Shown: positions 1-8,604, numbered from the stretch's first letter. The stretch: 64,000 bases of DNA from Verrucomicrobiota bacterium (GCA_947454705.1 CANGKZ010000005.1:128616-192615); one strand, 5' to 3'. The notes: generated by a model from the sequence alone, not told the origin. Translations and numbers: made by a program.

Positions 1-239
1 CGATCCAATTCATCCGACCCGAGATGCCGGCCACGCTGATCATCCACGGCGATGCCGACAAACTGGTTCCCATCTACCAGGCCGAACGGTTTTTCAAGCG
101 CTGCGAAGAAATCGGAGTGAAGGCTCCGTTGAAGCTTGTGCGGCGCGAAGGCAAGGACCACGGATGGCTCGGAATTGAAAAAGATGTGGTGCTCTTCGCG
201 GACTGGTTCGATGCGAACCTTCGGCATGTGAAGGAGTGA
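1..239 (+). CDS. alpha/beta hydrolase (dienelactone hydrolase / peptidase S9-like), C-terminal fragment; 5' end outside the window
   Basis: The frame of ORF 24..239 stays open to the window edge. LIIHGDADKLVP...GKDHGW resembles the Asp/His end of an alpha/beta-hydrolase catalytic triad region. Confidence 0.55.
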   Translation, partial: IQFIRPEMPATLIIHGDADKLVPIYQAERFFKRCEEIGVKAPLKLVRREGKDHGWLGIEKDVVLFADWFDANLRHVKE

Positions 240-244
240 GGGGG

Positions 245-285
245 CGGTTGAAGTTAAAGGGTTAAAAAGTTGAAGCGTTGAAGAG
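245..285. repeat. GTTGAAG-family intergenic repeat (GGTTGAAGTTAAAGGGTTAAAAAGTTGAAGCGTTGAAG)
   Basis: Read directly. The same GTTGAAGGGTTAAAAAGTTGAAG core recurs at 440, 27159 (reverse), 41204 and 43486. Confidence 0.85.
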
Positions 286-439
286 GAGAGCGGCCGGCGA
301 AACCGCGACCGCTTTCTTTCTGCGTAGCCGCCGAGGGGACGAGGCGGATCACCCGAGTGAAAAACGAGATCGCACCGGAATTGGGGTTGCCTGGATTGAG
401 ACAACGCCGGCGCGTCTTTCCTCCCCTTCAACCCAATAA

Positions 440-476
440 CGGCAGTTGAAGGGTTAAAAAGTTGAAGCGTTGAAGG
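440..476. repeat. GTTGAAG-family intergenic repeat (CGGCAGTTGAAGGGTTAAAAAGTTGAAGCGTTGAAGG)
   Basis: This 37-nt string is the exact reverse complement of 27159..27195. Confidence 0.9.
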
Positions 477-502
477 AGGCGCCGTCGCTGACGCGAAGGG
501 TT

Positions 503-650
503 ACTCATTCGGTTGGAGTCCCGTCTTGAGACCGTTCGGGGAAGCGCACGGGAAGCGCACGGGAAGCGATTCGGGGCCCATTTTCACCCCTCGGTTGGAT
601 TCCCTATCCAACAGCAGAGCCGCGTAAACGCGGTAATCCGAACGTGTGAA
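503..650. repeat. ~150-bp dispersed repeat family, copy 1 (GGAGTCCCGTCTTGAGACCGTTCGGGGAAGCG ... CAGCAGAGCCGCGTAAACGCGGTAATCCGAACGTGTGA)
   Basis: Both ends match the reverse complement of 26996..27131. The internal GAGCCGCGTAAACGCGGCTC-like palindrome is shared, and a partial third copy lies at 47185..47245. Confidence 0.75.
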
Positions 651-674
651 CAACACGCGGCTTCCCACTTAAAC

Positions 675-709
675 TCTTCAACCCTTCAACATTTCAACCC
701 TTCAACTTC
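675..709. repeat. GTTGAAG-family repeat, reverse orientation (CTTCAACCCTTCAACATTTCAACCCTTCAACTTCC)
   Basis: Read directly. It closely resembles 27464..27499. Both copies abut the 3' end of a minus-strand gene. Confidence 0.85.
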
Positions 710-1422
710 CCCACAGCCCTCACCCGCCGGTACACGAGAAACATCTCATTTCCGATGCGGCGTTCCGAAGCGACCGTCCATCGGGTTGCGTCGGACAGTG
801 TGGCGAATCCTTCTGCATCGAACACACTCGGAGCCGTGCGTCCGCCAAACAGCAGCGGGCAGAGGGTGAGGTTGAGCTCATCGACCAGATCCGCCTGAAG
901 CAGCGCCGCATTCAACTGCCCGCCGCCTTCGCACAGCAGGCGTTTGACTCCGTGTTCGCGCAGGAGTCGTTGGAGCACTGTTTCAAATTCGATCTCACGC
1001 CCCGGACTGGTCCAGACCTCGGCCCCGAGTCGCGCCAGCGCAGCGCGTGCGCGAACAGGGGCGCGTGCCGAGGTGAGCACGATCAGCGGAGCGTCATGCG
1101 TGCTCCAGATCTTTGCATTGGGACTGAGTGATCCCGAACCGCTGACGACCACCCGCAGGGGAAATTCCCGGAGTCCGCGCGCTACCCGGCGGCGTCGCAC
1201 CGCTCCGCGGGGATCGGGTCCATTGCCCAGCGTCGCGCCCGTCTCCTCCACCGTTCGTGCGCCGCAGAGAATCGCATCCGCAGTGGCGCGCAGTTCATAC
1301 AAATGCGCGAGGTCACGTGGACTTCCAAACGTGGTGATCGAACGATCCGCCGTGGCGATCTTGCCATCCGCGGTCATCGCGAGATTCAGCAACACAAACG
1401 GCCGTTGTCCGGAACGAGGCAT
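694..1422 (-). CDS. RibD C-terminal domain / dihydrofolate-reductase-like pyrimidine reductase family protein
   Basis: The 242-aa ORF has FVLLNLAMTADGKIA...GSPRDLAHLYELRATADAILCGARTV...LLCEGGGQLNAALL, the typical RibD_C pattern. The last ~8 codons run into the GTTGAAG repeat. Confidence 0.7.
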   Translation of the reverse strand: MPRSGQRPFVLLNLAMTADGKIATADRSITTFGSPRDLAHLYELRATADAILCGARTVEETGATLGNGPDPRGAVRRRRVARGLREFPLRVVVSGSGSLSPNAKIWSTHDAPLIVLTSARAPVRARAALARLGAEVWTSPGREIEFETVLQRLLREHGVKRLLCEGGGQLNAALLQADLVDELNLTLCPLLFGGRTAPSVFDAEGFATLSDATRWTVASERRIGNEMFLVYRRVRAVGKLKG

Positions 1423-1448
1423 GAGCGAAATAGAGGGAGGGAAAGCTT

Positions 1449-1582
1449 AAACCACAGATGGACACGGATGCACACAGATGCCGAAAAGGATTCGGAAGGT
1501 TACACGTGTAAACCTCTCGAATTTGGCGAAGCATTCAGCCACCGCGGTTTTCATCTGTGTTGATCTGTGTCCATCTGTGGTT
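1449..1582. repeat. MITE-like inverted-repeat element (CAGATG decamer arms)
   Basis: Left arm AACCACAGATGGACACGGATGCACACAGATG (1449-1480) is the inverted complement of right arm CATCTGTGTTGATCTGTGTCCATCTGTGGTT (1552-1582). It belongs to the same family as 37199..37373. Confidence 0.8.
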
Positions 1583-1610
1583 GTTTCCGCAGTCAATTCT
1601 CGTTGAGCGG

Positions 1611-2711
1611 TTACGCTTGTAATGGTTTGCCCGTGATCAGCATGGCGTCGCCGAAGCTGAAGAACCGGTACTGGTGGTCGATCGCCTCCTGATAGGCGCG
1701 GAGCATGAGGTCGCGTCCCTTCGGATGGCATCCCGGCGCGGCGAACGCACTTACCAGCATCAGCAGCGTGCTGCAGGGAAGGTGGAAGTTGGTGATGAGG
1801 GCATCGACCATTTGAATCGTCTGCGGCGGATGGATGAAAATCCGGGTTCGTCCCGATCCTGGGACGAGCCTGCCCCCGTTCGCGCGCCCCACGGTTTCCA
1901 ACACGCGAACTGATGTGGTCCCCACCGCCACGATGCGCCGCCCTTCCGCACGTGCGCGATTCACGGCTTCGCAAGTTTCCTCCGAAATCGAAAACCGTTC
2001 CTCGTGCATGACGTGTTCCTCCGCAGTGGCCGCCTTGACCGGGGCAAAGGTGCCGTGACCGACGTGGAGGGTGACAAACCGGTGCTCAATCCCTCGCCGC
2101 GAGAGGGACTCCAAGAGGTCGGTGGTGAAGTGAAGTCCGGCCGTGGGGGCGGCGACCGACCCGTCGTGCCGGGCATAGACGGTCTGGTATCGGACTCGGT
2201 CTTCAGCGCTCGGCGGCCCCCCTTTTCGCTCCATATAGGGGGGTAATGGGGTTTCCCCCCATTCTTCCACTGCTTTCCGGAACTCCACCGGGCCGGAAAA
2301 GCGAAGTCGGCACCCACCCTCCTCGTTCTTTTCCAACACGTTTGCCTCCAAGGAGGTGAGCTCTCCTTGAGGGTTAAGGATAACGAGACGTGTTCCGGGG
2401 CGAACCCGCTTGCCCGGACGCAACATCACCCACCAATCCAGGGGCTCGTTTTCCTCCAGGAGGAGCATTTCCACGGCTCCCTGGGTATCGGGTTTCCGGG
2501 CTCGAAGGCGGGCGGGAATAACGCGGGAGTCGTTGAGTATCAACAGGTCACCGGGTTGCAGATACTGCTCTACCTCGGTGAACTGGGGGTGGTGGCGGAA
2601 TTCCCCAGTGGAGCGGTCGATGACCAGCAGTCGGGACGCAGTTCTCTCTGGCGCAGGAGTTTGAGCAATCCGGTCGGCCGGAAGCACGTAGTCGAATTCA
2701 CCAGTCAGCAC
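1611..2711 (-). CDS. queA: S-adenosylmethionine:tRNA ribosyltransferase-isomerase
   Basis: The 366-aa ORF begins FDYVLPADRIAQTPAPERTASRLLV and carries internal LPPYM and TAGLHFT motifs, with QueA-typical length. Confidence 0.9.
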   Translation of the reverse strand: MLTGEFDYVLPADRIAQTPAPERTASRLLVIDRSTGEFRHHPQFTEVEQYLQPGDLLILNDSRVIPARLRARKPDTQGAVEMLLLEENEPLDWWVMLRPGKRVRPGTRLVILNPQGELTSLEANVLEKNEEGGCRLRFSGPVEFRKAVEEWGETPLPPYMERKGGPPSAEDRVRYQTVYARHDGSVAAPTAGLHFTTDLLESLSRRGIEHRFVTLHVGHGTFAPVKAATAEEHVMHEERFSISEETCEAVNRARAEGRRIVAVGTTSVRVLETVGRANGGRLVPGSGRTRIFIHPPQTIQMVDALITNFHLPCSTLLMLVSAFAAPGCHPKGRDLMLRAYQEAIDHQYRFFSFGDAMLITGKPLQA

Positions 2712-2954
2712 AGTTCGCGGATTCTAGAAAACGGACGGAAATCGTGCACCAGGAATCCCAAATTGGAGGCCTGTGAATAACTTGTAGATAAGTGCCGACT
2801 GGGGCGTTCAGGGGAGCGGCTGAAACCTCTAACTTTCCCTAGGGACTGTTAATAACCGTCGTAACATGTTGTTGTGGATGTGGATGCAAAAGTGGATTGG
2901 ATGTAGGTTTTGGAGGGTTTTTGGGGTGGCTGACAGGCCCGTTTAAGGGTCGGT

Positions 2955-2991
2955 AGGGGACCTGTGGGGAATTTCGTTGCATGACTGGGGA
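2955..2991 (+). promoter_or_regulatory. candidate MraZ operator: helically phased (A/T)GGGGA repeats upstream of mraZ
   Basis: AGGGGA at 2955, TGGGGA at 2965 and TGGGGA at 2986 are spaced 10 and 21 nt apart, about 115-150 nt upstream of the mraZ ATG. E. coli MraZ binds phased TGGGN repeats in its own promoter. Confidence 0.3.
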
Positions 2992-3103
2992 TTTCAGTGG
3001 CAAAAAGGGTCCAGCGGGGAAGTGATGTCATTTTATGTCGGAACCCATGGTAGATCTCGATGCGCAGGCCGCCCCAGTGGCGGCGGGTGCACCGTCGTCT
3101 TCC

Positions 3104-3562
3104 ATGTCGGGGTGGTACACGTGGAGTTACGACCATCGAATGGACACGCAGAAGCGGGTCCAGTTCCCGGCGGATTGGCGGAACTCGAAGACTCCCGCGC
3201 AGTTTGTGTTGATCATGTGGCCGCATGCCCATCTCAAGGGAGAGCGGGAGTTTGCCTTTATCAAGGGAGTTACGCCGCAAAAATTTAGTTCCTTGGTCGA
3301 GCAGGTCTCGACGAAGGGCATTGGCGAGGACGATACGGGCGCGTTCCGGCGTCAGATTTTTCGCAGTTCGATCCAGGTCGAGTTGGATCCGGCCGGGCGG
3401 CTTTGCCTGCCTCCCAAGATGGTGGCCGAGACCGGAATGAAGAAGGACGTCCATTTCGTGGGCGCCGGGGATCACTTCGAACTTTGGGACAAGGAAATCT
3501 TTGATCGGTGCTCTCAGGCGGATCGCGCGGTGGCGTTGGGCGCTTATAAAACTCTCTCCTGA
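3104..3562 (+). CDS. mraZ: division/cell wall cluster transcriptional regulator MraZ
   Basis: The ORF opens at 3035. The ATG at 3104 gives 152 aa starting MSGWYTWSYDHRMDTQKRVQFPADWR. The second half has DPAGRLCLPPKMV, the duplicated SpoVT/AbrB-like MraZ pattern. It is the first gene of the dcw cluster. Confidence 0.85.
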   Translation: MSGWYTWSYDHRMDTQKRVQFPADWRNSKTPAQFVLIMWPHAHLKGEREFAFIKGVTPQKFSSLVEQVSTKGIGEDDTGAFRRQIFRSSIQVELDPAGRLCLPPKMVAETGMKKDVHFVGAGDHFELWDKEIFDRCSQADRAVALGAYKTLS

Positions 3563-3571
3563 ACCATAACC

Positions 3572-4033
3572 ATGAATGCCCTCCTTCAAACGGCTCGCAG
3601 TTTGTTCAAGCGTCGCGCGGCGGCTCCGGTGCCGACCCCGACGGTGACGGCTCCGTTGACTCCGCGTCCCGTGGGGAGCGCGGTGACGGCGGCGGAGCGC
3701 GAGGCGATTGGAGCCGCGGCGGCGCGTTCGGCGTTGCCAGGCATGCGGGCGATGTCGCCCTCCACTCCGGCGCGCCGGAGCTGGTTCGGTTGGATGTTCG
3801 GAAAAAACCGGCGTCGTGAAGGCGGGCCCCTCGTGCAGGGCGAGCTCCTCCTTCAGAACGTGAAGCCGGTGCGAAATTCTTTGCGGGACGATGACGTGGC
3901 GTTGGTCGAGCGCCGCCAGTCCAAAGTAATCTGGGAGTCTCCGGTGGCGAAGGTCACCAACGACAATCAGGAGCTGGCGTGGAACCGGCTTCGCGGGCGT
4001 CGTATGGAGAACCTGGTGGTCAAACCCGACTGA
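3572..4033 (+). CDS. hypothetical protein inserted between mraZ and rsmH
   Basis: The 153-aa ORF starts 9 nt after the mraZ stop and shows GC-rich third positions like neighbouring genes. I recognise no family. Confidence 0.55.
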   Translation: MNALLQTARSLFKRRAAAPVPTPTVTAPLTPRPVGSAVTAAEREAIGAAAARSALPGMRAMSPSTPARRSWFGWMFGKNRRREGGPLVQGELLLQNVKPVRNSLRDDDVALVERRQSKVIWESPVAKVTNDNQELAWNRLRGRRMENLVVKPD

Positions 4034-4050
4034 ACCCGGGTGCCGCATGC

Positions 4051-4983
4051 GTGAGCTCAAGCTTCACCCATCACACGGTCTTGCTGGAGGAGGTCGTCTC
4101 AGTTCTTCAACCGAAGGACGGGGCGAGCTACTTCGACGGAACGTGCGGTGGAGCTGGGCACAGCGTGGCGATTCTGAAGGCGAGTGGGCCGGCGGGTTTC
4201 CTGTACGCGTGCGACGCGGACCCGGACGCCATCGAAGCAGCCCGTGAGCGACTGGCGCCCTATGCGGGGCGTCATGAGCTGCGGATGATCAACTTCGCCG
4301 ACGCCGGTGCGTTCGTTCCTGCGGGGACGTGCGCGGGCGCCATTCTGGATCTCGGGGTCAGCTCGCATCAGTTGGACACCGCCATGAGGGGTTTCAGCTT
4401 CCAGCACGAGGGTCCGCTCGACATGCGCATGTCGCCGTCCAACCCCATCACCGCCGCCACGATCATCAACACGTGGCCGGTGGAGGATCTCACCCAATTG
4501 TTCTGGGACAACGGAGAGAACCAGGGCCGCCGAATCGCCCGGGCGATCGACCGCGAACGCCAGGTCCGTCCGTTCGAAACCACGCGTCAACTGGCCGCGT
4601 GCGTGGGACGCGCCAATCCGCGCGCCGGCCGCGCGAAGGATCCGGCCACCCTGGTTTTTCAGGCACTTCGCATTGTCGTGAACGACGAACGGGGCGCCCT
4701 CGATCGCGGGCTCCAGACCGCATGGGATCTGCTCGCTCCGGGCGGCGTGCTGGCGGTCATCACCTTCCATTCCGGCGAGGATCGCCAGGTGAAGGAGTTC
4801 TTTCGCATCGAAGCCCGCGACTACGACCTGCCCCCGGGCGAGGAGGATTTTCCGCATCTGCGGATTCCCCGTGCGGCCCGCGGACGCTTCGTCACCCGCA
4901 AGGCGATCCTGCCCTCGGAGGACGAACTCCGTCGCAACCCAAGATCCCGGAGCGCGCAGCTCCGCGCCCTGGTGAAGCTCTAA
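4051..4983 (+). CDS. rsmH: 16S rRNA (cytosine1402-N4)-methyltransferase
   Basis: HHTVLLEEVV...YFDGTCGGAGHS...DLGVSSHQLD...GFSF..GPLDMRM are the RsmH/MraW motifs. The longest ORF starts at 3979 but overlaps the upstream gene. The GTG at 4051 leaves 7 aa before HTVLL, as in E. coli. Confidence 0.9.
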   Translation: MSSSFTHHTVLLEEVVSVLQPKDGASYFDGTCGGAGHSVAILKASGPAGFLYACDADPDAIEAARERLAPYAGRHELRMINFADAGAFVPAGTCAGAILDLGVSSHQLDTAMRGFSFQHEGPLDMRMSPSNPITAATIINTWPVEDLTQLFWDNGENQGRRIARAIDRERQVRPFETTRQLAACVGRANPRAGRAKDPATLVFQALRIVVNDERGALDRGLQTAWDLLAPGGVLAVITFHSGEDRQVKEFFRIEARDYDLPPGEEDFPHLRIPRAARGRFVTRKAILPSEDELRRNPRSRSAQLRALVKL

Positions 4984-5025
4984 CTCTTTTCTGATTTTCC
5001 GCTCACTCCGACTCCCTCAATCAAC

Positions 5026-5454
5026 ATGGCCAAAAACCAAAAACGCGGTGCCCAGGCACTCCAATGGCAGACCTTCGGGTTCGTGCTGTTCGTGGTGGTT
5101 TCGCTGGCGGGCATGGCGCTGGGATACGTCGTCCAGCGGCGTGCGCATCATCGCCTCGGCGATCAACTCACCGCCCTGGAGAAAAAGGTGCAAAGCCTGA
5201 ACGTAATCCTGGATCAGCGCCGCATCGTTCACACCCGTCTTTCTTCCGCTGCCGAGCTGCGTCAACGCGTGGTCGATTTGCACATCGACCTGACCAACAT
5301 TGTCCCCTCGCAGCGTCTGTTCGTCCCGATGCCCCAATCCCGTTCCATCGCCGTCGGGACTCCGGCCTTTCCTGCTTCGCCGATTTCCACCAGCACCACT
5401 CCCAACCGTGACTTGAGCTCGTTCCGTCCGCCACTGGCTGCCGCGGCGCATTGA
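5026..5454 (+). CDS. ftsL: FtsL-like cell division protein (single TM helix plus coiled-coil segment)
   Basis: The call rests on its position between rsmH and ftsI, an N-terminal TM helix (FGFVLFVVVSLAGMALGYVV) and a following heptad-like region (LGDQLTALEKKVQSLNVIL). It is based on synteny and architecture only. Confidence 0.6.
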   Translation: MAKNQKRGAQALQWQTFGFVLFVVVSLAGMALGYVVQRRAHHRLGDQLTALEKKVQSLNVILDQRRIVHTRLSSAAELRQRVVDLHIDLTNIVPSQRLFVPMPQSRSIAVGTPAFPASPISTSTTPNRDLSSFRPPLAAAAH

Positions 5455-5488
5455 TCCCCGATCATTCGCCCCGACTCCCCCAAATCCC

Positions 5489-7654
5489 ATGAACACCCTC
5501 CACAAATCGCGTCGAATCTGGGGAATCGTGGGGTTGTTTTCAATGGGCTTCATGACGCTGGCGGCAAAGCTTGTTTATCTTCAGGCCATCCAACGGCCGG
5601 AGCCGCCGGAGCGGGATTCCTCGACGACGCATCGCGTGGTCCTCACCCCGGCGCGGCGTGGATCGATTCTCGACATCAACATGTTTCCGATGGTGGCGTC
5701 GCAGTTCGTCGTCACCGTCCGGGCTGATCCCGTGAAGATCGGGGCTTTTGGCCCGGGATTGGCTCAAATTGCTGCACCACTCCTGGGCTTGGATGCCCCG
5801 GAAATTCTGCGCCGTCTTCAACCTGAGACCTTCAAGCAGACCGTCACCAACTGGGTCACGAATGGCACCGCGCGCATTCCGACCGTGGTGATCAAGGACC
5901 GGGTTCGTCACGACAATGGCATCGTCACCAACTTGCCGGTGGATCGCTGGACGCAGTTGGAAGCGTTGGTGGCGACCAACCGGTTCCGTCCGGAGTGGAA
6001 TCTTTCGCTCGCCTACACCAACGCCGTGAAGGCCGGCATCGCCGCCCGCAAGGCAGTTCCCTGGTGGAATCTTCCCGCGCGCATGCAGACGGCGAAGCAG
6101 ATCCGTCAGCAACTGCGTCCCATGCAGCTGGATCTCGCCGTGCTGCGCAGCAACGTGGCGGAGTGCCGCGCTGCGGGCCTGTACGCGGAGATGTTCGAAC
6201 TGCGGTCGTATCCGCTGGAACATCGCGGATCGCACTTCCTCGGCTACACCACCAACAGCTGGGAACCCGCACCGCTCGGCGGACGCATTCCGGTGCGGGT
6301 GATCGGTGCCGCCGGAATCGAGCAGCGATATGATCGCGAACTCCGAGGATCCAACGGTTTGATCGAAACCCGTCGTGCGGCCGGACGCGAACTGGTTCCC
6401 CTGCGGGAACGCGAGATTGCTCCGACCGATGGACTCAATGTGGTGCTCACGGTCGATGCCACCATCCAGTCGATGGTCGAGGATGCGCTGGACTATGGCA
6501 TGGAGACCCTCCGGCCCAAGGGCCTGACTGCCGTGGTGGTTCGTCCGAAGACCGGCGAAATCCTGGCCCTCGCGAATCGGCCGACCTGGAACCCGAATTC
6601 ACGCCGCATTCCGAGTCTGGATGCGCTCAAGAACCGCGCGCTCGTGGAGCCGGCCGAGCCGGGATCCACCTTCAAGATCGTCACGTACGCCGCTGCACTG
6701 GACACCGGCGCGTTGAAGCTCGACTCGATGATCAACTGCGAAGGCGGACGCTGGAATGTTCCGGGAACCCGCCGCTACATCGCAGACGATCAGGGCCATC
6801 ACCTTCAAACGGTCACCGCTGAGGATGCCTTCGCCTTTTCGAGCAATGTCGGTGCGGTGAAGATCGGGCTTGGTCTCGGTACGAACGTGTTGTTGCGGTA
6901 CATCCGCGACTTCGGATTCACCTCGCGTACCGGAATTGAGTGCGCCGAGGTCGGGGAAAGTTGGAGTGTGGTAAACGGAGTGCCGACCAAAGTGCCGATT
7001 CATGGAGAACGTCGTGGTACCATTCCGGGCTGGGACGGGATGACGCCGTCGAGCCTTCCTTTCGGTTACGGCATCTACGCCACGCCCATCCAAACAGTCA
7101 TGGCTGCAGCCGCGATTGCCAATGATGGCATCCTGATGGAACCGCGGATGGTTCGTCGAATCGTTCGCAACGACAACAAGGTGGTGGCCGATTTCCCACC
7201 GCGACAGGTGCGTCGAGTGGTGCAGAGCTCCACGGCGCGGGACATGGTTCAAGCCATGCGTCGCGTGGTGACTGCGGGCACGGGTGGCAAGGCGGAGATC
7301 CTGGAATTTCAGGTCGCCGGCAAGACCGGCACCACGAAGAAAGTGGACCCGGTCACCAAGAAATATTCCCTGGCGCATTTTTACGCGAGTTTCGTCGGAT
7401 TCTTCCCGGCCGATGCTCCGGAGGTTTGCATTTTGATCACTGCGGATGAACCGACGACGGCTGGAAAATCTTACTACGGCGGCAAGGCCTGCGCGCCGTT
7501 GTTTGCCCGGATGGGACGCGAAATGGCCAGCTACCTGGCGCTGCAACCGCGGCCCGGAACCAACACGGCCGATGTGCTCCCGACCCTGCCGCCGTCCGGC
7601 ACGCCGGTGGGTCGCGGTCTTCACGGCTTGCACGCGGTCGCGAGCAAGCCATGA
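5489..7654 (+). CDS. ftsI: penicillin-binding protein, peptidoglycan D,D-transpeptidase FtsI
   Basis: The 721-aa ORF has an N-terminal TM helix and the STFK, SSN (FAFSSNVG) and KTGT (AGKTGTT) active-site motifs. It occupies the expected dcw position. Confidence 0.9.
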   Translation: MNTLHKSRRIWGIVGLFSMGFMTLAAKLVYLQAIQRPEPPERDSSTTHRVVLTPARRGSILDINMFPMVASQFVVTVRADPVKIGAFGPGLAQIAAPLLGLDAPEILRRLQPETFKQTVTNWVTNGTARIPTVVIKDRVRHDNGIVTNLPVDRWTQLEALVATNRFRPEWNLSLAYTNAVKAGIAARKAVPWWNLPARMQTAKQIRQQLRPMQLDLAVLRSNVAECRAAGLYAEMFELRSYPLEHRGSHFLGYTTNSWEPAPLGGRIPVRVIGAAGIEQRYDRELRGSNGLIETRRAAGRELVPLREREIAPTDGLNVVLTVDATIQSMVEDALDYGMETLRPKGLTAVVVRPKTGEILALANRPTWNPNSRRIPSLDALKNRALVEPAEPGSTFKIVTYAAALDTGALKLDSMINCEGGRWNVPGTRRYIADDQGHHLQTVTAEDAFAFSSNVGAVKIGLGLGTNVLLRYIRDFGFTSRTGIECAEVGESWSVVNGVPTKVPIHGERRGTIPGWDGMTPSSLPFGYGIYATPIQTVMAAAAIANDGILMEPRMVRRIVRNDNKVVADFPPRQVRRVVQSSTARDMVQAMRRVVTAGTGGKAEILEFQVAGKTGTTKKVDPVTKKYSLAHFYASFVGFFPADAPEVCILITADEPTTAGKSYYGGKACAPLFARMGREMASYLALQPRPGTNTADVLPTLPPSGTPVGRGLHGLHAVASKP

Positions 7655-7790
7655 GCTCAACCTTTTTTGATTCAACCTGTTTCAACCCATGACCACCACC
7701 GCCCTGCGCCCGCTGAGTTGGGAATTTGGTGTTCGAGTGCTGATCTGCGTGCTCTGCCTGCTGGCCATGCTGTGACGGTTTGAGCGCGAT

Positions 7791-8603
7791 TTGTTCATGT
7801 CCTCCGACTCCACAACCCCAGTGTCCTCCGCCTCCTCCCGGTCTCCGGGCGGGCCGGAAGGGCGCGGCCGTCCGCACCTCGCGGGAATGGTGGCCGGGTT
7901 GTTTCTGTCGTGCGGATTGATCCTCGCCGCGATGGTGGTGACGCGGGCCTGGGTTCGGATTTCTGATGCTGCATCAATCACCGTCACCGGATCGGCGCGA
8001 CGCAATGTCAGCTCCGATTTCATGATCTGGCGCGCGCAGTTCACCGTGTCGGCCCCGACCCTGGTGGAGGCGCAGCGCACCCTGCGGGATCATCGGGAAC
8101 AGGTGGCCCGATTTGTGGAATCGGCCGGAATTACGAACGCCGCCTTCACCCCGGTGGTGATCAACGAGGTCACCGGACAGGACCGTCAGCGCACCGGTGA
8201 TGACGAGACCACCTCGCAAAAGACAGTCGCGTTCAAGCTGTCCCAATTGGTTGAGATCCGGTCGGAACTGATGGATCGCATCCTTCAGTTGGACCGCGAT
8301 TCCGTGAAGCTGCTGGAGCAGGGAATCCAGCTCGCGCCAATGGTGCCGGAGTTCATCTACACGCGCGCCGCCGATGCCAAGGTGGAGATGCTTGGTGAGG
8401 CCACGCGGGATGCGCGGGCCCGCGCGGAACAGATTTCAGGGCAGGGCGGACGCCGGCTGGGAAACCTCCGCGCCGCCAAGATGGGCGTGTTCCAAATCGC
8501 CCCGCTTTACTCGAACGAAACCACGTGGGAAGGCCGCAACGACACTACCAGCCGCGAGAAAACGATCACCGCGGTGGTGAATGCAACCTTCCTGATGCGC
8601 TGA
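7791..8603 (+). CDS. SIMPL (DUF541) domain-containing membrane-anchored protein
   Basis: The 270-aa ORF has one N-terminal TM helix, then ITVTGSARRNVSSDFMIWRAQFTV ... ITAVVNATFLM, which resembles SIMPL/DUF541 periplasmic proteins. It sits where murE normally lies. Confidence 0.55.
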   Translation: MFMSSDSTTPVSSASSRSPGGPEGRGRPHLAGMVAGLFLSCGLILAAMVVTRAWVRISDAASITVTGSARRNVSSDFMIWRAQFTVSAPTLVEAQRTLRDHREQVARFVESAGITNAAFTPVVINEVTGQDRQRTGDDETTSQKTVAFKLSQLVEIRSELMDRILQLDRDSVKLLEQGIQLAPMVPEFIYTRAADAKVEMLGEATRDARARAEQISGQGGRRLGNLRAAKMGVFQIAPLYSNETTWEGRNDTTSREKTITAVVNATFLMR

Positions 8604-8604
8604 C

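Noticed and set aside
245-709. The clustered GTTGAAG repeats here and at 43486..43571 superficially resemble a small CRISPR array.
   Set aside because: The units are 7-20 nt with irregular spacing and mixed orientation. There are no unique spacers of uniform length and no cas genes in the window.
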